Of a stretch of DNA of 28,787 bases, positions 1-9,561 are shown one piece after another. The position numbers and the translations under genes are program-made. The first letter of the stretch is position 1, and each line of letters opens with the position of its first letter. The notes below the pieces were generated by a model. It made no database searches. It was not told the origin of the DNA and saw nothing but the letters and a program-made list of their open reading frames with translations. The DNA lies in the IMG/VR virus record IMGVR_UViG_3300032291_000380, positions 1 through 28,787 of that record. The stretch is one strand, 5' to 3'. The stretch is from a virus. Its lineage: Duplodnaviria; Caudoviricetes.

Positions 1-1
1 C

Positions 2-1627
2 ACAATCGTATCTGCTACGGCTGCAACTTCAACTGTTGCGGCTGGCGGTGGTTCAACTGTTAATGCAATCTATCAAATCAACGTAGGCGATCCATACGAG
101 ATTCCTCTAGCCGGTTGGGGTGCTGGTACATGGGGCGCAGGAACGTGGGGATTTGGCGGTACGTCCACATCAGCCCTGCGTTTATGGAGCCAGAACAACT
201 TTGGTGAAGACTTGGTTTATGGTTTCCGTGGTGGCCCAATCTATTACTGGGATGCTGGTTACGGCGTAGACCCATCCTTGGCTACGGTCACCATAGCTTC
301 TCCTGCGGTAGTTACTGCCGCTTTTAGCTTGCCAAACGGCTCTCCAGTCATTCTTACTAACAGCGGTTATCCGTCTGCGTTGCCGACTGGCTTGTCTCCC
401 GGAACGATTTACTACGTCATTAACTCTAGTGGCAATACGTTTAACTTAGCAGCCACTGTCGGCGGCGCGGCTATTACCACGACAGGAACGCAGTCTGGTG
501 ACCACTACCTTATGCCTAATGGTGTAAACATCGTAAGTCTGTCGGGCGCATCAGACTGCCCAATTATTCAAAACTTTGTCTTTGTATCCGACATCAGTCG
601 GTTTGTGTTTGCGTTTGGCTGTAACGACTATGGCTCTACTACACAGAATCCCATGTTGATTCGCTGGTCGGATCAGGAGTCTGTAGTTAATTGGACACCC
701 TCTGCAACCAATCAGGCCGGTAGCGTCACTTTGTCGCACGGCTCAAGCATTGTGACTGCCGTTCAGACCCGTCAAGAGATTTTGGTTTGGACTGATTCTG
801 CCATCTATTCTTTGCAGTACATCGGGCCGCCGGTAGTCTGGTCTAGCCAGTTGATGGGTGACAACATCTCCATCCTTGGTCAAAACGCAGCCACCCAAGC
901 TTCTGGCGTGGTGTACTGGATGGGTGTGGATAAGTTCTATCTGTACGATGGACGCTTGCAGACTCTGCCATGCGATCTTCGCCGGTATGTATATCAAGAC
1001 ATTAACCTCCAGCAAAACCAGCAAGTGTTTGCCAGTACAAACGAAGGCTTCAATGAAGTCTGGTGGTTCTATTGCTCGGCTGGCAGTTTAGTTGCCAACC
1101 GTTATGTGGTGTACAACTATCTTGAGAAAATCTGGTACTACGGCACTATGGAGCGAACAGCTTGGCTTGATTCTGGCCTAAGAGACTTTCCTATTGCCGC
1201 TACGTACAACTACAACTTGGTCGATCAAGAGTTTGGCTTAGACAATAATGAGACAGGTACGCCAGTAGGTATTGAGGCTTACATCTTATCTTCAGAGTTT
1301 GACATTGAAGATGGCGAACACTTTGGCTTTGTCTGGAGGATGCTCCCTGACTTAACGTTCTCAGGCTCAGACGCCTCGCCAACTCCGCAAGTTACGTACA
1401 CTTTGTACCCAATGCAGAACTCAGGTTCTGGCACAGGTACAGCGGTAAACAAAGATGTAGATAAATTAACGGGCGCTCAGTACACAGTGACTGAAGGCTT
1501 TACAGGCCAAATTAATACCCGTGTGCGGGGCAGGCAGTTAATCTTGAAGGTTAGTTCGGACAACCTTGGAACAACATGGCAGTTGGGTGCTACCCGTATT
1601 GACATTAGACCGGACGGCAGGCGATGA
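2..1627 (+). CDS. Tail tubular protein B / head-to-tail stabilisation protein (P22 gp10-like), 5'-truncated by the window
   Basis: The frame of ORF 212..1627 is open back to base 2 (TIVSATAATS...GWGAGTWGAGTWG...LRLWSQNNFGEDLV), so the real start lies upstream of the window. It has beta-propeller-like motifs typical of this family (LIRWSDQE, EILVWTD, VYWMG, FNEVWWFY, WYYG, RVRGRQ, C-terminal DIRPDGRR). Confidence 0.8.
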   Translation, partial: TIVSATAATSTVAAGGGSTVNAIYQINVGDPYEIPLAGWGAGTWGAGTWGFGGTSTSALRLWSQNNFGEDLVYGFRGGPIYYWDAGYGVDPSLATVTIASPAVVTAAFSLPNGSPVILTNSGYPSALPTGLSPGTIYYVINSSGNTFNLAATVGGAAITTTGTQSGDHYLMPNGVNIVSLSGASDCPIIQNFVFVSDISRFVFAFGCNDYGSTTQNPMLIRWSDQESVVNWTPSATNQAGSVTLSHGSSIVTAVQTRQEILVWTDSAIYSLQYIGPPVVWSSQLMGDNISILGQNAATQASGVVYWMGVDKFYLYDGRLQTLPCDLRRYVYQDINLQQNQQVFASTNEGFNEVWWFYCSAGSLVANRYVVYNYLEKIWYYGTMERTAWLDSGLRDFPIAATYNYNLVDQEFGLDNNETGTPVGIEAYILSSEFDIEDGEHFGFVWRMLPDLTFSGSDASPTPQVTYTLYPMQNSGSGTGTAVNKDVDKLTGAQYTVTEGFTGQINTRVRGRQLILKVSSDNLGTTWQLGATRIDIRPDGRR

Positions 1628-1971
1628 GCTTTATTGTTACCACTGATTTTGAACTAAACAAGGTAGCTGCACCTAACTTGCCGCTTCCTCCGGGTGAGTA
1701 CGACCGTGTGTATTTTGACCAGATGTTAAACATCTTGCGTCTGTACTTCAACAGGATTGATGCGTTAACCACGCAGTTGACTGCCTCTGGCGTAGTGCCC
1801 CCTTTGACTAATTACACTGTGGCCACGCTCCCCAGCGCGGTTACTTCAGGCAAGGGTGCAAGAGCTTTTGTAACAGACGCATTAGGCCCTACATTTGGGG
1901 CAACCGTGGTAACTGGCGGGGCTGTAGCCGTACCTGTTTATTCTGACGGAACAAATTGGAAGGTCGGATAA
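1624..1971 (+). CDS. Small virion/tail-associated hypothetical protein
   Basis: 115 aa. ATGA overlap with the upstream gene and TAATG overlap with the downstream gene. APNLPLPP..EY...LRLYF N-terminus; TVATLP..A...GARAFVTD...PVYSDGTNW C-terminus resembles tail-fibre repeat segments. Confidence 0.7.
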   Translation: MSFIVTTDFELNKVAAPNLPLPPGEYDRVYFDQMLNILRLYFNRIDALTTQLTASGVVPPLTNYTVATLPSAVTSGKGARAFVTDALGPTFGATVVTGGAVAVPVYSDGTNWKVG

Positions 1972-4900
1972 TGGCTATAGATTATTTTGCCCAACAATTT
2001 GGCAAAGATGAATTTGAAGATACAACTCCAAAGGTATCTGATGCTGACATTCTTGCATATGTACAGGCAAACATTAATGATCCTGCTGCTATAGCTGCGG
2101 CGGCTCAGCAGTTTAATGTTTCTGCGTCAGACTTAGCCCGTGCTACAAATTACAATGAAGATGTTGTAAACAATTACTTTACACAAGCTGGTGTTACACC
2201 TTACTGGAATGGTACTGGTGGTGTAGGTGGAATTACTAATATAACTACACCTACTACAGAAATTTCTGGTATTGCCACATTACCTACTACAACAGTAGCT
2301 ACTACTACTCCCACTACTGCGGTAGTTACAAGTGTTCCTACTACTGCGGTAACTACTACTCCTACAACTTCGGTTGTTACAACAACTCCAACAGTTGCAA
2401 CATCTACAGAAACTGTAACATCAGGAATATCTGATGCAGAAGCAGATAGATTAGTTCGTGCTGGCTATGCAAGCATTGGCCGTACAGGAATTGGTGGTTC
2501 AACTAATCAAATTGACCAAGCTGGATACGATAACTTTGTAAACCTCTTGAAATCTGGCGCAATTAGTCCAGCAGACTATGCAGCTACATTTCAAGGCGCT
2601 GTTGATAGATACATTGCCGACAATCCTAATGACCCATACACAAAGTATGTACAAGGTTATTTAGGATTAACTTCTACAACCACACCTACAACTACGACTA
2701 AACCCACAACTACAACTACGCCTACAACTACACCCACGACCACTACTACACCTACAACTACACCTACTACTACAACTACGCCTACTGTTACTACTAAACC
2801 CACTACGCTTACAGATTTAACAGTTGTTGATACATTTAATTCTCGTGGTAGAGGGACTACGGATGTACTTAATATCCCCGGGTATGGGGATGTTCATGAC
2901 TACGATCTAGATAACTGGGAGCCTTGGCGCTTGCAGATGTGGGGCATAGTTAAAAATGCTGATGGGGTTTATCAGACTGCTGGCCCATCTTGGACTACAG
3001 CTACTGGCGCTGATGCAACACTGTTTAATCAAGTCAATAACATTTCGAACATGACTGGCATGACTGGCGCCTTCACTGGTGGAGCATCGGAAAGAAACAA
3101 AGGCGGTCTTGGGTCAAAAGAAGCAATGATTTGGGATCTTACCCAAAAGCTTAGAGCACAAGGAGTTGAGAGCCTTACTGATCTTAAAGAGCGTACTGTT
3201 AAACAGCTTGTATCAGGCGAAGGTGGCGATTACTACCAAGATGTTACTGAATTTTACAACGTCAAAACTGGTCAAACAGTAAATCTACAAGGCACAACTT
3301 TAGGGAACAATGAAACTGGTTACATGTTGACAACAACAGGGACTGGCTTAGTTATTCCTACAACTTACGAAATTAAAAATGGTTGGGCTGAGTTTAAAGA
3401 AAGCGTTCTTCCAATAGCTTTAACTTTTCTATCGCTTGCTTATCCACCCGCCGCGCCTTACATCCAAGCCTACAACGCCGCAAAAGCTGCACAAGATGGC
3501 CGATGGATGGCGGCAGCTTTTAGTGGTCTCTCTGCGGCTTCTGGTTTCTCTGCAAACATAACCGCTGAAATTGATGCACTTGCAAATGCAGGTAAATGGT
3601 CAGAAGCCGAAGCTTTGTTTAATAACAGTTGGCTTGCTCAAAATGCTGGCACTATTGCAACTGCTAAAGATGTTGCAAATGTTGTAAATTCTGCTATTAA
3701 TAATGATGTAATAGGACTGATTAATTCTGGCGTTAAAGCTATAGGTACGACACTACCACCCGAATTACGCACAGGCGTAAACATTTTAAATCTTGGCAAT
3801 GCTTTTAAAAATAATGACACTACGGGCATATTGAATGCGGCTGGTGATCTAACACAAAGTAATGATTTAAAGTTAGCGGCAGCGGCTAGTAACTACATTA
3901 ACGCTATTGATAGATTTAACGCTACCGGCGATTTATCTGGCATTGCAAACGCTACTACATCGTTTAGTAATTTTATTCAGAATTATTCTGCTAACACTAC
4001 CGCTACTACTACGCCAACAGTATCAACTACTCCAACTACTACAGCCGATTTAATTACTACATTACAGAATAATGGATTAACTGAATATCAATCATCAGAT
4101 GCAAACTTATTTAATACTGGTGAAAGAATATTAATAGATGCTAATGCACAAAGCATTATTGATGATTTATCTTCTATTAGTGACGACCAATTAGCTTTTG
4201 TTGGCCCTGCTTCAGGCATTGGAAGCATCGCTGCTACTCAAGCTGCTAATGTAATTAGTAGAGCAATGGCTACTCCTGCTGGTCAAGAAGCATTGAGATC
4301 TGCCGCTGCTATTGATGTTAAAGTAAGAAATGCAATGATTGCATTATTTGGTGTTGCAGAAGTGACATCATTTATCGGTTCTGATTTACTAACACAAAAA
4401 GCAACAACTACAACAACTAATAGTGATTTAGTTAACCAAATTCCTACTACTGGTAATGTTACTGTTACTCCAACAACAGCAGTTCAAACTGTAACAGTAA
4501 AACCAACTACACAAGTATCTACAACACCTACTACTTATGTAGTCCAACCCGGTGATTACTCAGATACAACTGAAGTCTTGCAGCCTTGGCAGTCAATTAA
4601 TCCAACGACTCAAGTAGCACAGCCTGATGCCAGTCGTTTGGCTTCTATGCTTGGAGTTAATGTAGATACTGCGGCTAATCTATTAAGAATATATCCATCA
4701 CTATTTGGTGATGATGAATCATTTACTCCAGCAGATTTGGAAACAATGACGAGTACAGATATTCGTTTATTGCAAAGTGGTGGTGGCGGAGCAGACGATA
4801 ATATTATTACTCAGAAACCTTCTAATGATACTATTGTTGCTAGAGATTCTGAAGGTCAGCCAATTACTTATGGTGATTTAGTCAATATTATTGGAAGTAA

Positions 4901-5969
4901 TAGAGTTACTACTCAGCCTACTGTTCAAGCTACAACTACAACGCAGCCAACGGTTACAGTAAATCCAACAACATCACCAACTGTAACTACAGAAGTTACA
5001 ACATCACCGACGGCAACTACAAAAGCTACAACATCACCAACTACTTTTATTACTACAGAAGTTACAACTACACCTACTACTACAACAACTACTAAACCTA
5101 CTACTGTTGTTACTACAGAGACTACGCCTACTACTGAAGTTACTACTAAAGTTACTCCAACTACTGAATCTACAACTAAACCAACGACAGCAACTCAAAC
5201 GACTGTTGAGCCGACAACTTCAACTCAAACAACTACAAAACCAACAACGGCTACTCAGACCACCGTTACCCCAACAACGGCTACTCAAACTACTGTTAAA
5301 CCGACTACAGCCACACAGACTACGACTACTCCAACAACTGCTACTCAGACAACTACAACCCCGACTACTGCTACACAAACTACAACTACTCCTACAACTG
5401 CAACGCAAACTACGACCACGCCTACAACCGCGACTCAGACTACGACCACACCAACAACCACTCCAACAACTACTACAACCCCAACAACTACTACCACTCC
5501 CACAACTACTACGACCCCAACGACCACTACAACCCCAACAACTACCACTACTCCAACTACAACCACGACTCCAACAACCACCACAACTCCAACTGTAACG
5601 ACCACGGTTAAACCTACTGTAACTACAGTAAAGCCAACGCAAACTACGACTACGCCTAATGTCTCTATGCCTCAGGCACAGGCAACTGCCGCCGCTCTGG
5701 GTATTCCTGCCTTGGCTAATGTGTTCTATTACGGCAAAGAATTTGGGTCTAAAAAGCAGAAACTTAATAAAAAAGGTGAGCTTGAAGATGAAGACTATCG
5801 TCCTCTAAGTGTTACCAAAGCGGGAGCAGAGGGAGAACTTATGGAAGAGATTGCCGAAGAGAAGAAAAACAAGGAAAATAACACTAATGACGCACTTGAT
5901 TTAGTCTTGGGGCAATCTAGTGAATCAATGTCGTTTGACGACTTACTTAATATTGTGAAGGGAGCCTAA
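1971..5969 (+). CDS. Large Thr/Pro-rich (mucin-like) virion-associated protein, 1332 aa
   Basis: ATG at 1971 overlaps the upstream TAA (TAATG) and is preferred over the TTG at 1956. Long open frame with several PT(n) tracts, lying within the structural gene cluster. Confidence 0.8.
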   Translation: MAIDYFAQQFGKDEFEDTTPKVSDADILAYVQANINDPAAIAAAAQQFNVSASDLARATNYNEDVVNNYFTQAGVTPYWNGTGGVGGITNITTPTTEISGIATLPTTTVATTTPTTAVVTSVPTTAVTTTPTTSVVTTTPTVATSTETVTSGISDAEADRLVRAGYASIGRTGIGGSTNQIDQAGYDNFVNLLKSGAISPADYAATFQGAVDRYIADNPNDPYTKYVQGYLGLTSTTTPTTTTKPTTTTTPTTTPTTTTTPTTTPTTTTTPTVTTKPTTLTDLTVVDTFNSRGRGTTDVLNIPGYGDVHDYDLDNWEPWRLQMWGIVKNADGVYQTAGPSWTTATGADATLFNQVNNISNMTGMTGAFTGGASERNKGGLGSKEAMIWDLTQKLRAQGVESLTDLKERTVKQLVSGEGGDYYQDVTEFYNVKTGQTVNLQGTTLGNNETGYMLTTTGTGLVIPTTYEIKNGWAEFKESVLPIALTFLSLAYPPAAPYIQAYNAAKAAQDGRWMAAAFSGLSAASGFSANITAEIDALANAGKWSEAEALFNNSWLAQNAGTIATAKDVANVVNSAINNDVIGLINSGVKAIGTTLPPELRTGVNILNLGNAFKNNDTTGILNAAGDLTQSNDLKLAAAASNYINAIDRFNATGDLSGIANATTSFSNFIQNYSANTTATTTPTVSTTPTTTADLITTLQNNGLTEYQSSDANLFNTGERILIDANAQSIIDDLSSISDDQLAFVGPASGIGSIAATQAANVISRAMATPAGQEALRSAAAIDVKVRNAMIALFGVAEVTSFIGSDLLTQKATTTTTNSDLVNQIPTTGNVTVTPTTAVQTVTVKPTTQVSTTPTTYVVQPGDYSDTTEVLQPWQSINPTTQVAQPDASRLASMLGVNVDTAANLLRIYPSLFGDDESFTPADLETMTSTDIRLLQSGGGGADDNIITQKPSNDTIVARDSEGQPITYGDLVNIIGSNRVTTQPTVQATTTTQPTVTVNPTTSPTVTTEVTTSPTATTKATTSPTTFITTEVTTTPTTTTTTKPTTVVTTETTPTTEVTTKVTPTTESTTKPTTATQTTVEPTTSTQTTTKPTTATQTTVTPTTATQTTVKPTTATQTTTTPTTATQTTTTPTTATQTTTTPTTATQTTTTPTTATQTTTTPTTTPTTTTTPTTTTTPTTTTTPTTTTTPTTTTTPTTTTTPTTTTTPTVTTTVKPTVTTVKPTQTTTTPNVSMPQAQATAAALGIPALANVFYYGKEFGSKKQKLNKKGELEDEDYRPLSVTKAGAEGELMEEIAEEKKNKENNTNDALDLVLGQSSESMSFDDLLNIVKGA
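5181..5450 (+). repeat. Coding tandem repeat, 9 x 30 bp (PTT[AS]TQTT[VT]x)
   Basis: Nine 10-aa units read directly from the translation; DNA copies differ at synonymous positions. Confidence 0.9.
5463..5588 (+). repeat. Coding tandem repeat, 7 x 18 bp (PTTTTT)
   Basis: Seven CCN-(ACN)5 units counted in the DNA, with mixed Thr codons. Confidence 0.9.
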
Positions 5970-5970
5970 G

Positions 5971-7092
5971 ATGGCTGGTTATTACAACGAAATTACTGGT
6001 GAATATGTTGATCTTGGGGGTACAGATCCTCTAGATTTTGGATCAGTTGCCGGTTTTAACCAGTTAGATAACACTTCTGGCACCAACATTGATTCAATGG
6101 CCGGTTACACATTTAAGGATGGAGTATGGACTTCTCCACAGGGACTCACTTTTGATACAAAAACCAATACTGGATCATTAGCCGATCTGTTCAAAAATGG
6201 TGGAATTGGCAGTGTGTTGGGTATTGCAGGAGCCGCTGGTCTAGCTCAACAACTAATGGGTGGTGGTGGAAGTAGTGGTTATGCAGGATACCAAGGTAGT
6301 ATACCTAGATACACAGCAGAACGTACTCAGTATGCCCTACCAGTAGTGCCTTTGTCACAAGCTAATCAAGCAAGAGTTACTGATGAGGGCATTAAAAGCA
6401 TCCTTGGTCAAGAAGGTTTTACGCCTGACCGAGCAGCTAGAACTATGTACAAATATGGAATTAGTCCAGAACGTGTAGCTAAAGTTTTTGATGTTCCGGT
6501 AGCAGGCGTTCAAGAAGCTTATCGTAAAGCACTTGGCCCAAATCAAGGATTGCTTGGTGGTATGTATGGTAAATATGATGAGACCACTCATCCTGCTCGC
6601 GGCCCTATTACAGGTGCTAGGGATATGGATTATGGATATCGTCGTCCCGGCTCTGGTGGCATAACTTATTTTAGTCCAACAACTTATAAACCTGTCCCCC
6701 CAGTTGTTCAACCCACAACTGCGCCTACAACGGTTCCAACTACAGTAGCAACTGAGCCAACAACTCAACCTACAGTCATAGCGGCTGGCGGTGGAATGAT
6801 GCACAGCGGTATAGCTAGTTTGGGAGGATACTCAGATGGTGGACAACTACTCCGTGGCCCCGGTGATGGTGTATCTGATGACATCCCTGCAACCATTGGT
6901 AACAAGCAACCCGCTCGTCTTGCTGACGGTGAGTTTGTTGTACCTGCTCGTATTGTTTCTGAACTTGGTAATGGCTCGACAGAGGCGGGAGCACGTAAAC
7001 TCTATGCCATGATGGATCGTATTAAGAAGACGCGAGCCAAGTCTAAAAACATTGCAGCTAATACCAAAGCTGATAAACATCTTCCCGCTTAA
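5971..7092 (+). CDS. Putative internal virion protein with a C-terminal GPGDGVSDDIPA...ARLADGEFVVPA module
   Basis: 373 aa, GGGAG SD. The C-terminal motif resembles the GPGxGxSDxIPA..L..GEFV motif common in phage virion/tape-measure proteins. Confidence 0.7.
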   Translation: MAGYYNEITGEYVDLGGTDPLDFGSVAGFNQLDNTSGTNIDSMAGYTFKDGVWTSPQGLTFDTKTNTGSLADLFKNGGIGSVLGIAGAAGLAQQLMGGGGSSGYAGYQGSIPRYTAERTQYALPVVPLSQANQARVTDEGIKSILGQEGFTPDRAARTMYKYGISPERVAKVFDVPVAGVQEAYRKALGPNQGLLGGMYGKYDETTHPARGPITGARDMDYGYRRPGSGGITYFSPTTYKPVPPVVQPTTAPTTVPTTVATEPTTQPTVIAAGGGMMHSGIASLGGYSDGGQLLRGPGDGVSDDIPATIGNKQPARLADGEFVVPARIVSELGNGSTEAGARKLYAMMDRIKKTRAKSKNIAANTKADKHLPA

Positions 7093-7100
7093 GGAATAAC

Positions 7101-8003
7101 ATGGCTACTGCACCAGCACCCGGCACCTCTTCCCAATCTACTCTATCCGAGTACGCAGGCCCGTATGTAACGGAAATGCTTGGAAAAGCTCAAGCTATTT
7201 CCGAGCAACCTTACTCTGTTTACCAAGGCCCAATGACGGCTGGTGAGTCTGGGCTACAAAGTAAAGTATTCCAAGGATTAGGTAACTTAAATTTTCCTAG
7301 CCAGTTAGGTCAAACATTTAGTTCTGGAAGTGCGTATACGCCACCAGCTATGGCTTCTAATGCATATACGCCTGGTGCTATTGGTACTGGTGCAGGCATG
7401 GGTGGTGGCATTGGATCATTAGGTGGCATGGCTGGAGGTGCATCTAGTGGTACTACTCAACCATTAGGTATGGCTTCTCAATACATGAACCCATACTTGC
7501 AGAATGTTCTTCAGCCTCAGTTGGAAGAACTACGCCGTCAATCACAAATTAACCTTCAGCCCGGCTTGGCTAAGATGACCCAATCTGGTGGTTATGGCGG
7601 TGGTCGTCAGGCTATTATGGAATCTGAAGCTAACCGCAATCTATTGCAACAACAGAACCAAGCTATTGGTACTGGGTACTCCAATGCCTATGACAAAGCT
7701 ATGCAACAGTTTAATACTGAGCAGGGTCAAGCTAAGACCTTGGCTGATCTCATGGGTCAGGCAGGTACTACTCAGCGCGGTATTGAGCAAGAAGGTATTT
7801 CTGCTGACTACAACGAGTTCTTGGCTCAGCGTGACTACCCACAAAAGATGTTGCAGTTCCAACAGTCTATGCTTCAAGGTCTGCCAATCTCTACAGTTTC
7901 TACCAGTCCAGCTTCTATGACTGGCTTGGGTTCATTGCAGTCTACAGTGGGTACACTAGGATCTACATACGACTTGCTTAAGAAACTTAAAGTTATCGAC
8001 TAA
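7101..8003 (+). CDS. Putative DNA ejection/pilot protein
   Basis: 300 aa, AAGGA SD. Gly/Gln/Ala-rich with YMNPY, GGYGGGRQAIME and GTTQRGIEQ...DY.EFL.QRDYP motifs seen in podovirus ejection proteins; position in the gene order fits. Confidence 0.65.
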   Translation: MATAPAPGTSSQSTLSEYAGPYVTEMLGKAQAISEQPYSVYQGPMTAGESGLQSKVFQGLGNLNFPSQLGQTFSSGSAYTPPAMASNAYTPGAIGTGAGMGGGIGSLGGMAGGASSGTTQPLGMASQYMNPYLQNVLQPQLEELRRQSQINLQPGLAKMTQSGGYGGGRQAIMESEANRNLLQQQNQAIGTGYSNAYDKAMQQFNTEQGQAKTLADLMGQAGTTQRGIEQEGISADYNEFLAQRDYPQKMLQFQQSMLQGLPISTVSTSPASMTGLGSLQSTVGTLGSTYDLLKKLKVID

Positions 8004-8012
8004 GGATAAGAC

Positions 8013-9560
8013 ATGAATCTCGTTCAAGTACAAGAGCGTTTAAAGGATATGCCTACACAGGCAATCATGTCCTATGCCAATGGCATGAACCCTGAAGTTC
8101 CTCCTTACTTGGCTTTAGGTGAACTAAATCGCCGTAAGCAGATGGAGCAGAAAGCCGCTCAACCGCCTCAAGGAACTGTTAAAGAAAACATCGAACAGCA
8201 AATGGGTGTTATGCAGTTACAAGCTGCTAAGCAAAAGCAAATGGCTCAGCAGATGGCACAGCAAGGCGCGCAAGCTCAGATGCCTGTACCGCCTGGTATT
8301 CCTCAACCTCAAGTTCAGTCTCAGATGGAAGACTCTGGAGTAGCTGGATTACCAATGCCTGAAATGAACTTTGGCTCTGGTGGTATTGTTGCTTTTGCAA
8401 ATGATAATCCTGAAGATCAATTGGTAAGAGATGAAGAGAAGCGTAGAATTCAAAAACTAGCTCTTCAAAATCAAAGCAAGATACCTAATCCTATATTGCC
8501 ACAGCCTGTAGACCCAGTGGCTGTGTTAGCTCAACGGGCTATGCAAGCTCCTGAACAATTACCTGACCGCGCTGCTATGATGGCTGAAGCGGCCAAAACA
8601 GATCCATATCTTAATAAAATGCCTGGTCAACAACTAGAGGCTGGCATTGCTGGTCTTCGTGCTGGGTATGGAAAACAACAAGAAGCCTTTGATAAAGCTG
8701 AGCAAGAACGTGCTCGTGCGTCTTTGTGGCAAGGTCTGATTGAGGGCGGTGAGTCTACTCGTGGTATCCGTGGCAAAGGCTTAGCTGGTCTAGGTACTGG
8801 TGCTGGCAAGTCTTTCCTAGCTTCTATGGAAGGTGCTCGTACTCGTGAGATGGCTCAGCAGAACTTAGTTAATGAGCGTAACTTCAACCTTACCAAGATG
8901 GAAGATGAGTTGGAGAAAGCTCGTATTGCTCGTTCACAGGGACGATTCAATGACGAGTACAACGCCAAGATTAAAGCCGCTGAGTTCAAACAGAATGCTG
9001 ATAAGAATTCTAATGAGTTGCTTGGTAAGAGTGCTGAGATCAAAGGTCGTTCTGATCTTGAACTTAATCGTCAAACCTTTGAAGCTGGTGAGAATGTTAA
9101 GAAGCGTGAATTTGACACTACGGAAAATAATAGAAGGTTTGCTCACGAGAAAGCTATGGAAGGTGTCCGTCAGTCTGCACCGCCTGCGCTGGTTAAAGAG
9201 TTTGAGTATTTTCTTACCAAAGCTAAAACAGATCCTGCCAATGCTGGTAAGACTGAGTATGAATTGTTTAAGCAGTATGCTGAAGATAAACAGGGTGCTA
9301 CGCCAGAGTTGAAACGTGCGGCTTTGATTGAGAAAGCATCTGAAGCGTACCTTAAATTAGGGTTTACACAAAGAGATGCTTTGAAAGAACAAGGTATTGA
9401 TACGCTTGATAAATATGTAGATTGGTACATTAACAAATCAGGTAGATCAAGTGGTTCTGAAACTCCACCTATTAGTGCTTTGAAAGAAGGTGAGAAAACA
9501 ACCTTTGCAAATGGTCAAGTTTGGACATTAGAAAACGGCAAACCAAAACAGGTGAAATAA
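8013..9560 (+). CDS. Putative internal virion (ejection) protein
   Basis: 515 aa, AAGGA SD. Helical Gln/Ala/Glu/Lys-rich composition with a Gly-rich GLAGLGTGAG segment; lies between the pilot-like gene and the giant gene. Confidence 0.6.
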   Translation: MNLVQVQERLKDMPTQAIMSYANGMNPEVPPYLALGELNRRKQMEQKAAQPPQGTVKENIEQQMGVMQLQAAKQKQMAQQMAQQGAQAQMPVPPGIPQPQVQSQMEDSGVAGLPMPEMNFGSGGIVAFANDNPEDQLVRDEEKRRIQKLALQNQSKIPNPILPQPVDPVAVLAQRAMQAPEQLPDRAAMMAEAAKTDPYLNKMPGQQLEAGIAGLRAGYGKQQEAFDKAEQERARASLWQGLIEGGESTRGIRGKGLAGLGTGAGKSFLASMEGARTREMAQQNLVNERNFNLTKMEDELEKARIARSQGRFNDEYNAKIKAAEFKQNADKNSNELLGKSAEIKGRSDLELNRQTFEAGENVKKREFDTTENNRRFAHEKAMEGVRQSAPPALVKEFEYFLTKAKTDPANAGKTEYELFKQYAEDKQGATPELKRAALIEKASEAYLKLGFTQRDALKEQGIDTLDKYVDWYINKSGRSSGSETPPISALKEGEKTTFANGQVWTLENGKPKQVK

Positions 9561-9561
9561 G

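Noticed and set aside
5181-5588. CRISPR array or DGR-type repeat
   Set aside because: The units are contiguous in-frame coding repeats with no spacers, and no cas or reverse transcriptase gene is in the window.
5107-5642. ORFs 5107..5598 (+) and 5220..5642 (-)
   Set aside because: They are shadows of the ACN/CCN repeat, which lacks stops in other frames; the products are low-complexity with no motifs or SD.
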